A stretch of DNA of 64,000 bases, from assembly GCA_030390025.1 (NCBI GenBank), contig CM059431.1, positions 135,968,001-136,032,000 of the forward strand, given 5' to 3'. Below, piece after piece: positions 37,025 through 47,537 of this stretch. Below the pieces are notes generated by a model that saw only the letters and a program-made list of their open reading frames with translations, was not told the DNA's origin and searched no databases. Made by a program: the position numbers and the translations under genes. Within the stretch, counting starts at the first letter, position 1; each line of letters opens with the position of its first letter. This DNA comes from Squalus acanthias. Taxonomy: Eukaryota.

Positions 37025-37675
37025 GGTATGGTATGTTGGCCTTCATAGCGAAAGGGTTTGAGTACAGGAGCAGGATGTCCTGCTGCACTTGTACAGGGCC
37101 TTGGTGAGACCACACCTTGAGTACTGTGTGCAGTTTTGGTCGCCTTATCTGAGGAAGGATGTTCTTGCCATGGAAGGAGTTCAGCGAAGATTCACAAGGC
37201 TGATACCTGGGATGGCAGGAATGACATATGAGGAGAGATTGGGTCGATTGGGCTTATACTGACTGGAGTATAGAAGAATGAGAGGGGATCTCATCGAAAC
37301 AGATAGAATTCTGACAGGTCTGGACAAACTAGATGCAGGAAGAATGTTCCCGATGTTCGGAGAGTCCAGAACCAGGGGTCATAATCTAAGGATAACGGGT
37401 AAGCCATTTAGGACAGAAATGAGGAAGAATTTCTTCACCCAGAGAGTGGTGAACCTGTGGAATTCTCTACCACAGAAGGTAGTTGAGGTCAAGTCATTAA
37501 ATATATTCAAGAATGAGTTAGATATATTTCTTAAAGCTAAAGGTATCAAGGGATATGGGGAGAAGGCAGGTACAGGGTACTGAGTTTGGATGATCAGCCA
37601 TGATCCCATCGAATGGCGGAGCAGGCTCGAGGGGCCGAATGGCCTACTCCTGCTCCTATCTTCTATGTTTCTATG
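37025..37675 (+). mobile_element. CR1 3' fragment inserted in L2
   Basis: ORF 37278-37583; near-identical to the 3' end of 11451-14009; tail cttctatgtttctatg. Confidence 0.9.
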
Positions 37676-38073
37676 AATCCCTCCAATCAGGCTTCCGCCT
37701 CTTCCACAGTACTGAAACTGCTCTTACCAAGGTCACAAATTACATCCTAATTGACTGCAACAGAGGTAAACTATCCCTTCTCATCCTTCTGAACCTGTCT
37801 GCAGCCTTTGACACGGTTCACCATAAAATTCTGCTCCAACGCCTCTCCACCGTCGTCAAGCTGGCTGGGACTGCTCTCGGCTGGTTTCATTCCTATCTTT
37901 CCAGCCGTAATGATAGATTCACCTGCAATGGCTTCTCTTCCTGATCTTGCACTGTCACCTCTGGTGTCTCCCAAGGATCTATCCTTGACCCCCCTCCTAT
38001 TTCTCATCTACATGCTGCCCTCGGTGACATTATCCGACAACACAACGTGAGTTTTCACAAGTACGCTGATGAT

Positions 38074-39051
38074 AGGTTATGCTAGAACTGTATAAAACAC
38101 TAGTTCGGCCACAGCTAGAGTACTGTGCACAGTTCTGGTCACCTCATTACAGGAAAGATGTGATTGCACTAGAGAGGGTAGAGGGAAGATTTACGAGGAT
38201 GTTGCCAGATCTGGAGCATTTTAGCTATGAGGAAAGATTGGATAGGCTGGGGTTGTTTTCTTTGGAACAGAGGAGGCTGAGGGGAGACTTAATCGAGGAG
38301 TATTAAATTATGGAGGGGCCTAGAGTGGATAGGAAGCACCTATTTCCCTTAGCAGAGAGGTCAATAACCAGGGGGCATAGATTTAAAGTAATTGGTAGAA
38401 GGATTAGAAGGGAGTTAAGGAGAAAGTTTTTTCACCCAAAGGGCAGTGGGGGTCTGGAATGCACTGCCTGTAAGGGTGGTAGAGGCAGAAACACTCATCA
38501 CATTTTAGAAGTACAGGAAACTCTTTATTAACCGGCACCGACGGGACCGGCGTGGTGCCGGTTTATCGAAATTACCGGATAACGGAGAGTTATATCTACC
38601 GAGGCTATTTTTAACAAAGAAAAATAAATAAATCAAGAAATGTGCAGTATACAGTATTTGGGTACTTTTGAAAACTACCCCTACTGACTAAATCGGCGTT
38701 CGCGGACTCGGACTCGGACTCGGGATCGGCAACATTGCCGGTTATTTGAGAGGAGTTTTCGGAGTACTCGGCGTTCGCGGAGACTCGACTGCGACTCGGC
38801 AACATTGCCGGTTATTTGAGAGGAGTTTTCGGAGGATGATTTTTGCCGGTTAAGCGAGAATTCCGGATATTTGGGTGCCGGATAAACAAAAGTTTCCTGT
38901 ACTTGGATATGCACTTAAAGTGCCGTAACCTTGCAAGGCTATGGACCAAGAGCAGGAAAGTGGAATTAAGCTGGATAGTTCTTTTACAACTGGCGCAGAC
39001 ACGATGGGCTGAATGGCCTCCTTCTGTGCCGTAAATTTCTATGATTCTATG
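38074..39051 (+). mobile_element. CR1 3' fragment, interrupted by the MITE at 38514-38899
   Basis: MLELYKTLVRPQLEYCAQFW...; tail ttctatgattctatg at ~39037-39051. Confidence 0.85.
38514..38899. mobile_element. Tc1/mariner-superfamily (pogo/Tigger-like) MITE
   Basis: 26-bp imperfect TIRs caggaaactctttattaaccggcacc / ggtgccggataaacaaaagtttcctg; TA TSD at 38512-38513 and 38900-38901; host CR1 rejoins as gaagta|cttggatatgcac. Confidence 0.88.
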
Positions 39052-40348
39052 TCAAGATCTGGAGGATTGAAGAGAAGGGACTTCACTTCAATATACATTC
39101 CGGGCAAAGTCTGAAACATCCCATGCTACCACAATCAGGTTAGTCAGATATGATTTGCCTTTAACAAATCTGAGCTGGTTGTTCCTTATTAATCCATCTA
39201 AACCACAGGAGCAGATTTAACGTCTCATCCGAAAAACAAAGAGACTGGATATGGTTGGTGGAAGGAAAACACTTGATGAAGCAAATAACTTGTTCTGTTA
39301 AGTTTTCTTATTATTGCACCAGACATTAGCAATAACTTTGTTTCCAACATTTGTTGAGAGGTGGTGAGAAACTAAAGCTGGAGTTAACGTGCACTCTGTG
39401 CAAACATAAACCATATGAGACTCATGCCTCACACCTTTAGTACCCTCAATCATGTTTCATTGAAGTGCACTCAAAACCACCTTCCATTGGAGCAAAAACA
39501 CTTGTGGTACTGTGGCCTAAGAGTGCTTCCCTCCCCCTCCTGCCTTGGTACTGTTCAGCTTTAATCAAACACTCATTCACATCAACATTTACAGTTCAGG
39601 ACACATCCACGGCTCAGTTCTTGGGTTACACATCCACAGCTCAGCTTTACACTGCATGAATTGAAACATAAATAAAAGTTTGCCTGAAGAATGGTCCTGG
39701 TATAAAAACTTTTAACGGCCCAGATACAACCATTTAACAATAATGGCGCAAGTACAAACATTCACAAATGAACAGTCTGATTATTTAATGAACAGACTAC
39801 GTAAAAACAGTTAACAGATAGAGGTCTGGTATAACTAATTAATGGTCGAGCTAGAAAATAATTTTGAATTTGAAGCTTTTTTAAAAAAAAAGTTGTGCAT
39901 TGATTTTAGGTTAGTCTCGGTGTAAATTATCACACCAAGACAGTCCTGGCGTAAAATCAACCCGAGACATAATAATAACTCTGCAAATAGACTAGAATGA
40001 AGGAGATTAAAACATTCTTCTCTCATAGCTACAGCAGGTGGGCAATGAGAAACCTAAAAAAATGTTTTCCTCAAGAGTTTCACTGTCCAAAGATTGGGAT
40101 AATTTTTTTTCAAGTTAACCTAAAAATAAATATATTCCAACTCACCCAGAGATACCCCTTCACCCCCAATGTTCAAAGTAAACTAGTCGCAACAGCAGTG
40201 AACTGCAATACAAAATTCCCAAAGCAAGTGTTTTGCCACTGGCACACATCATTGAAATGTTAAGATGGAAAAATAACCCTTTTGAGTGCTGAATGTCTTT
40301 TGGAACTTGCACGTATTTTTAACTGCCAAAAATGATTTTTCTTTTAAA

Positions 40349-40570
40349 AGTCAGAACTGGAACCAGGGATACAATAGCGACTGGAATCAAGGTTATATTC
40401 GTTACAACAATGGCTATAGCAATCCAGGTTACAATGGATATGGAGGTTCTCATAACTACAACAACTGCGGATACGCTCCAGAATATGATACCTACAATAG
40501 TCAGCAGAGCAGCTATGGAAAGGCATCTAGAGGCGCAAGCAGTCATCAGAATAACTAGGAACAATACTAA
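40349..40570 (+). pseudogene. HNRNPDL: 5'-truncated processed pseudogene of an hnRNP D-like gene (Gly/Tyr-rich C-terminus with PY-NLS)
   Basis: SQNWNQGYNSDWNQGY...QQSSYGKASRGASSHQNN*EQY* matches the recalled HNRNPDL C-terminus [22 protein letters not shown]; premature stop, no RRMs, no intron. Confidence 0.75.
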
Positions 40571-41127
40571 AGAAAAACTGATATAGTTATTTCACCGGGC
40601 CCGCTAAGTGACGGGTGTCCCGGGTGGAGCTGTGCTAATATGGAGCTGCCACTGAGCCAGTGGCCTGGTGCCAGGCCTCCTCCTTAGTTGGGCTACTCCA
40701 CTCGCTCCCATGGTAACCGGACCTCCAGCTGCTGCGCTCCGGACTCTCAACTCCCACTGCAAGGCGTCACTTCTGGAAAATGAACCTCAATGGCGTCAAC
40801 CACCCGACAGAAAAGGCCCCTCAACCATCTTTGTGCTGGGTGCCAGAGCCGCTTTTGCTATCCAGACTGCAAGTGCCGTTGTATGTTTGCGCGGCGGGGG
40901 TCCTGCTCCTTTGTTCATTGAGGAACGCTGCCATCTTTTTCTATGGCACAGGTGGCGCCATTTTAGTGTGGGCGGGAGTTCTGCTTTACGCGGCACCTAG
41001 GAGCGGCAATCTTTGTCTCGGGCACTGGTGACTTTTTCCCGCGCGTTGGGTTGGGCCCTTCCCCCCGATTCAGCTTACAGATCAGTGCACACCTTACAGG
41101 GAACAGTGCTCGCATGTTAGAAATGTA

Positions 41128-41260
41128 GATCGGGTTCAGTAATGATATCCTCACAGTTGGGAAAGTTAGATTGTGTTCAGTTATGATATCCTCATTGTTA
41201 GGAAACATAGATTGGGATCAGTAATGATATTCTCACAGTTGTGCAAGTAGATTGGGTTGG
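41128..41260. repeat. ~41-bp tandem repeat, ~3 copies
   Basis: Unit ~gattgggttcagtaatgatatcctcacagttgggaaagtta. Confidence 0.75.
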
Positions 41261-41264
41261 GTAG

Positions 41265-41460
41265 AAAGCTGATCATCTGCCGATATATCCTGTGTTGGGG
41301 ATAACGTCTCCTGCAAGGCACACCCCTGTGCTCATCCCTTCTCTCTTGTGGAGCGGCAGGTCGGTGACGAGAAGGCTGCTGCTGCTGGTGTCGTTGGTAC
41401 TGGGGCTCATCTTGGTCCGAATCAGAGTCCAAGTGAAACAGCATAAGTGGCACGCATCCT
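41265..41460 (-). mobile_element. Probable Harbinger transposase N-terminal relic
   Basis: ...RGVPCRRRYPQHRIYRQMISFL resembles the Arg-rich RRxYPxxRVYR..SFL lead-in of Harbinger transposases (recalled pattern). Confidence 0.45.
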
Positions 41461-41465
41461 GATCT

Positions 41466-42030
41466 GATAGTCATAGTCATAGAGTCATAACGGCACAGAA
41501 GGAGGCCATTCGGCCCATCGAGTCCATGCCGGCTCTCTGCAGAGCAATCCAGTCAGTCCCATTCCCCCGCTCTATCCCCGTAGCCCTGCAAGTTTATTTC
41601 CCTCAAGTGCCTATCCCCTTGAAAACATTGAGTTCCAGGTCCTCACCACTCGCTACGTAATAAAGTTTTTCCTCACATCCCCCCGTATCTTTTGACCAAA
41701 ACCTTAAATCTGTGTCCCCTAGTCCTTGTACCATCAACCAGTGAGAACAGCCTTTCCCCGTCTAGCCTATCCAAACCCGTCATAATCTTGTACACCGCTA
41801 TCAAATCACCTCTCAACCTCCTTTGCTCTAATGAAAACAAATCCAGCTTCTCCAACCTGTCCTTGTAGCTAAGATCCCCCATCCCCGGAACCATTCTGGT
41901 AAATCTCCTCTGCACCCTCTCAAGCGCCTTCACATCCTTCCTAAAGTGTGGTGACCAGAACTGGACACAATATTCCAGTTGTGGCCTAACCAGCACTTTA
42001 TAAAGGTTCAGCATAACTTCTCTACTTTTG
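41466..42030 (-). mobile_element. CR1 3' fragment
   Basis: KSREVMLNLYKVLVRPQLEYCVQFW...; (AGTCAT)n-type tail at ~41468-41490. Confidence 0.88.
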
Positions 42031-42219
42031 CAGATGCAATCCTCCAATGCAATGAGAGTGACTTCCAATGTAGTGAGAGTAACTTCCAAATTTGTAGAAA
42101 TCACCTGCAAACTCCTGTAAGCCAGCTCTCGGCACAAATGGTGTCAGCAGCAGCTTTTCTTTTAAATTATCAGACTGCTTGTCCGACATCCAGTTCTGGA
42201 TGAGGAGAAATTTTCTCCA

Positions 42220-43012
42220 ATTAAATATTGGGAACTTCGTTCCCTAGCCACAAACTCCATCCTTCTCCTTAACATCTGTATGAGGCTGAATCACGCTGTT
42301 CGCAATTGGTGTCATATTTGACCCTGAAATGAGCTTCCGACCACATAGCCGCAGCATAACTAAGACCACCTATTTCCACCTCCGTAACATCGCCCGTCTC
42401 CGCCCTTGCCTCAGCACATCCACTGCTGAAACCCTCATTCATGCCTTTGTTACCTCTAGACTTGACTATTCCAACGCATTCCTGGCTGGCCTTCCACATT
42501 CTATTTAGGTAAACTTGAGGTCATCCAAAACTCGGCTGCCCGTGTCCTAACTCACACCAAGTCCCATTCACCCATCACCCCAGTGCTCGCTGACCTACAT
42601 TGTCTCCCAGTTAAGCCTCGATTTCAAAATTCACATCCTTGTTTTCAAATCCTTCCATGGCCTCGCCCCTCCCTATCTCTGTAATCTCCTTCAGCCCCAC
42701 AACCCCCAAGATATCTGCGCTCCTCTAATTCTGCCTTCTTGAGCATCCCTTATTATAATCGCTCCCGTGCCTTCTGTTGCCTAGGCCCTAAGCTCTGGAA
42801 TTCCCTCCCTAAACCTGTCCGCCTCGCTACCTCTCTTTCCTCCTTTAAGACGCTCCTTAAAACCTACCTCTTTAACCAAGCTTTTGGTCACCTGCCCTAA
42901 TTTCTCCTTATGTAGCTCAGTGTCAAATTTTTAGTCTTACTATACTCCTGTGAAGCGCCTTGGGACGTTTTACTACGTTAAAGGCGCTCTATAAATACAA
43001 GTTGTTGTTGTT
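42220..43012 (+). mobile_element. L2 LINE 3' end
   Basis: Encodes LIHAFVTSRLDYSNAFLAGL and PITPVLADLH; ends gtgaagcgccttgggacgttttactacgttaaaggcgctctataaatacaagttgttgttgtt. Confidence 0.88.
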
Positions 43013-43211
43013 AGGCAAGAAAGCAGGTGTGAGGTGTGAGTAGTTACGTGATTTTTTTTTTGCTATCAATTGTTCAACTGCCACACTGGCAAGGTTCAGC
43101 AAGGAAAAGCTTTAACATCAGGTTAAAAAGGCCCATAACGAGCTCTCAACTATTTAATTAGCTCACCCGCCTCTCCCGCTCGGGTCTCTGGTGCGTTCCC
43201 TAACAGCGATT

Positions 43212-43718
43212 GAAGTGATTCAGTCATTCATTCAGTGATTCTGTGATTAAGTTATTTATGGTTCAGTGATTCAGTCATACAAGTGATTCAGTGATTCAGA
43301 TTTTGATTCAGTCTGTGTTTCAATGATTCATTCATTCAGTGAATCATTCATTAATTCATTCTATGATTCATTCAGTGATTCAACTGTTCAGTGATTCAGT
43401 GAGTCTTTCATTCAGTCAGTGATGCACTAATTCAGTTAGTCAATGGTTCTGTGATTCAATGATTAATTAATTCATTAATTCAGTCAGTCATTCATTCAGT
43501 GATTCATTCAATCAGTGTTTCAATGATTCATCCGCTCAGTGACTCAATCATTCATACATTCAGTGATTCAGTATTTCAGTGATTCATTCAATCAGTGTTT
43601 CAGTGATTCATTCATTCAGTGATTCAATGGTTCAGTGAATCATACATTCATTCATTTATTCCGTGATTCATTCAGTGATGCAATGTTGCAGTAATTCAGT
43701 AAATCTTTCATTCATTCA
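43212..43718. repeat. Degenerate (ATTC)/(CAGTGATT) simple-sequence array
   Basis: Repeated tcagtgattcattca motifs. Confidence 0.85.
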
Positions 43719-46170
43719 TAGAATCATAGAATGGTTACTGCATAGAAGGAGGCCATTCGGCCTGTCGAGCCCGTGCCCGCTCTCTGCAAGAGCACTTCAG
43801 CTAGTCCCACTCCCCCGCCCTTTCCCCGTAGCCCGGCAATTTTTTTCCCTTCAAGTACTTATCCAATTCCCTTTTGAAAGCCACAATTGAATCTGCCTCC
43901 ACCACCCTTTCAGGCAGTGCATTCTAGATCCTAACCACTCGCTGCGTAAAAAAGTTTTTCCTCATGTCTCCTTTGGTTCTTTTGCCAATCACCTTAAGTC
44001 TGTGTCCTCTGGTTCTCGATACTTCCGCCAATGGGAACAGTTTCTTTCCATTTACTCTGTCTAGACCACTCATGATTTTGAACACCTCTATCAAATAGCC
44101 TCTCAATCTTCTCTGCTCTAAGGCAAACAACCCCAGTTTCTCTAGTCTATCCACGTAAATGAAGTCCCTCATCCCTGGAACCATTCTCGTAAATCTTTTC
44201 TGCACCCTCTCTAAGGCCTTCACATCCTTCCTAAAGTGCAGTGCCCCGAATTTGACGCAATACTTCAGTTGAGGCCGAAACAGCGTTTTATAAAGGTTCA
44301 ACATAACTTCCTTGCTTTTGTACTCTATGCCTCTATTTATGAAGCCCAGGATCCCGTATGCTTTTTAACTGTTTTCTCAACCTGTCCTGCCACCTTCAAC
44401 GATTTGTGCACATATACCCTCCAGGTCTCTCTCTTCATGCACCCCCTTTAGAATTGTACCCTTTAGTTTATATTTCCTCTCCTCATTCTTCTTACCAAAA
44501 TGTATCACTTCGCACTTTTCTGCATTAAATTTCATCTGCCACGTGTCCGCTCATTTCACCAGCCAGTCTATGTCTTCTTGAACTCTATCACTATCCTTCT
44601 CACTGTTCACTATACTTCCAAGTTTTGTGTCATCTGCAATATTGTGAAATTGTGCCCTGTACACCCAAGTCCAAGTCATTAATACATATCAAGAAAAGCA
44701 GTGGTCCTCGTCCCGACCCCTGGGGAACATCACTGTATACCTTCCTCCAGTCCGAAAAACAACCATTCACCACTACTCTCTGTTTGGTATCCATGCTGCC
44801 ACTATCCCTGATTATCGTTTCTAAATATTCTCCACTACCGAGGTTAAACTGACTGGCCTGTATTTGCTGGGTTTATCCTTACACCCTCTTTTGAACAAGG
44901 GTGTAACATTTGCAATTCTCCAGTCCTCTGGCATCACCCCTATATCTAACGAGGATTGGAAGATTATGGCCAGTACCTCCGCGATTTCCACCTTAAATTC
45001 CTTCAGCATCCTAGCATGCATCCCATCCAGTCCTAGTGACTTATCTACTTTAAGTACAGCCAACCTTTCTAGTACCTCCTCTTTATCAATTTTTATCCCA
45101 TCCAGTATCTCTACTAGCTCCTCTTTCAATATGACTTTGGCAGCATCTTCTTCCTTGGTGAAGACAGATGCAAAGTACTCATTTAGTACCTCAGCTATGC
45201 CCTCTGCCTCCATGTGTAGGTCTCCTTTTTGGTCCCTAATCAGCCCCACCCCTCCTCTTACTACCCGTTTACTATTTGTATACCTATAGAAGACTTTTGG
45301 ATTACTTTTATGTTAGCTGCCAATCTGTTCTCATACTCTCTCTTTGCCCCTCTTATTTTCTTTTTAACGTCCCGTCTGAACTTTCTATATTCAACCTGAT
45401 TCTCACTTGTATTCTCAACCTGACATCTGTCATACATACTTTTTTTCTGCTTCATCTTATCTCTTTTGTCATCCAGGGAGTTCTGACTTTGGTTGCCCTA
45501 CCTTTCCCCCTTGTGGGAATGTACGACTGTGCCCGAACCATCTCCTCTTTAAAGGCAGCCCATTGTTTGATTACAGTTTTGCCTGCCAATCTTTGATTCC
45601 AATTTACCCGGGCCAGATCCATTCTCAATCCACTGAAATTGGCCTTCCTCCAATTAAGTATTGTTAATCTAGGTTGCTCCCAGTCCTTTTCCATAGCTAA
45701 TCTAAACCGTATGATACTATGATCACTGTTCCCTAAATGTTCCCCTACTGACACTTGCTCCACTTGACCCACCTCATTTCCCAGAACCAGATCCAGCAAT
45801 GCCTGCTTCCTCATTGGGCTGGAAATGTACTGATCAAGAAAGTTCTCCTGAACACAATTCAGAAATTCTTCCCCCTCTCTGCCCTTTACTCTATTACTAT
45901 CCCAGTCTATATTAGTATGTGCACCATGTTTCTCCTTTCTAATGCTATATCCTGGTGCCCATCCCCCTGCCAAATTAGTTTAAACCCTTCCCAACAGCAC
46001 CAGCAAATACCCCCATGAGGATATTGGTCCTGGCTCTGTTGAGGTGCAACCTGTCTGTCCCAGGAATCTAAAGCCCTCCCTTCTGCACCATCTCTCCAGC
46101 CACGCATTCATCTGCTCTATCCTCCTATTTCTATACTCACTCGTGCGTGGCAATGGGAGTAATCCAGTCA
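43717..46170 (-). mobile_element. CR1 LINE with large internal deletions (ORF1 end to 3' tail)
   Basis: ORFs 45980-46171 (ORF1), 45452-45973, 44821-45249 and 43924-44304; tail catagaatcatagaa at 43717. Confidence 0.88.
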
Positions 46171-46447
46171 TAGAACCATAGAATCATAGAACGGTTACAG
46201 CCCGTGCTGGCTTTTTGCAAGAGCACTTCAGCTAGACCCACCCCTCTGGACTTTATCCGTAGCCCTGCAAATTTGTTTCCTTCAGGTACTTATCCAATTC
46301 CCGTTTGAAAGCCACGATTGAATCTGCCTCCACCACCCTCTCAGGCAGAGGAATCCAGATCCTAACCACTCACTGCATTAAATCTGTGTCCTCTGATTCT
46401 CGACCATTCCGCCAATGGGAACAGTTTCACTCTATCTACTCTGTCTA
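46168..46447 (-). mobile_element. CR1 3'-end fragment
   Basis: catagaaccatagaatcatagaa tail and UTR similar to 43717-44060. Confidence 0.8.
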
Positions 46448-46842
46448 GACTGAGTGTGACTGAGTAAGTGAATGTGACTGAGTGATAGTGATAGTGACTG
46501 AATGAGTGTAACTGAGTGAGTGAGAGTGACTGAGTGAGTGTGACTGGGTGAGTGAGTGATAGTGACTGAATGAGTGTAACTGAGTGAGTGAGTGAGAGTG
46601 ACTGAGTGAGTGTGACTGGGTGAGATGAGTGATAGTGACTGAATGAGTGTGACTGAGTGAGTGTAATGGAATGATTGTGACTAAGTGAGTGTGACCAAGT
46701 GAGTGAGACCGAGTGTCTGTGACTAAGTAAGTGTGACTGAGAGACTGTAACTGAGTGAGTAAGAGTGAGTGTGGATGAGTGAGTGAGTCTGACTGAGTGA
46801 GTGAGAGTGAGTGATCGTGTCTGAGTGAGTATGAATGAGTGA

Positions 46843-47537
46843 GAATCATAGAATCATAGAAAGTTACAGCACGGAAGGAGGCCATTTCGGCCCATCGTGT
46901 CCGCGCCAGCCAACAAAGAGCTATCCAGCCTAATCCCACTTCCCAGCTCTTGGTCCGTAGCCCTGCAGGTTGGAGCATCCCAAGTGCACATCCAAGTACT
47001 TTTTAAATGTGGTTAGAGTTCCTGCCTCTACCACCCTTTCAGGCAGTGAGTTCCAGACCCCCACAACCCTCTGGGTGAAGACATTTCCCCTCAAATCTCC
47101 TCTAAACCTTCCCCCAATTATTTTAAATCTGTGCCCCCTGGTTTTTGACCCCTCTGCGAAGGGAAGTAGGTCCTTTCTATCCACTTTATCTATGCCCCTC
47201 ATAATTTTATACACCTCAATAAGGTCTCCCCTCAGCCTCCTCTGTTCCAAGGAAAACAGACCCAGCCTATCCAGTCTTCCCTCATAGCTAAGATTCTCTG
47301 CTCCCGGCAACACCCTTGTAAATCTCCTCTGTACCCTCTCTAGTGCAATCACATCTTTCCTGTAATGTGGTGACCAGAACTGCACGCAGTACTCTAGCTG
47401 AGGCCTAACTAGTGTTTTATACAGTTGAAGCATAACCCCCCACTCTTGTATACTATGCCACGGCTAATAAAGGCAAGCATTCCGTATGCCTTCTTAACCA
47501 CCTTATCTACTTGGCCTGCTACCTTCAGGGATCTGTG
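46843..47537 (-). mobile_element. CR1 3' fragment in the satellite
   Basis: ORF 46930-47433 (RPQLEYCVQFW, RGDLIE, FTQRVV); tail agaatcatagaatcatagaa. Confidence 0.92.

Larger units (their letters stand above)
31890..38072 (+). mobile_element. Old L2-clade LINE ORF2, fragmented by three CR1 insertions (pieces ~31890-32809, 33015-33274, 36695-37022, 37676-38072)
   Basis: C/T-rich coding strand; [74 protein letters not shown]. Confidence 0.85.

Noticed and set aside
39214..39236. tttaacgtctcatccgaaa, reminiscent of a DeuSINE-type core
   Set aside because: The match is only ~20 bp with no flanking SINE structure, too short to call
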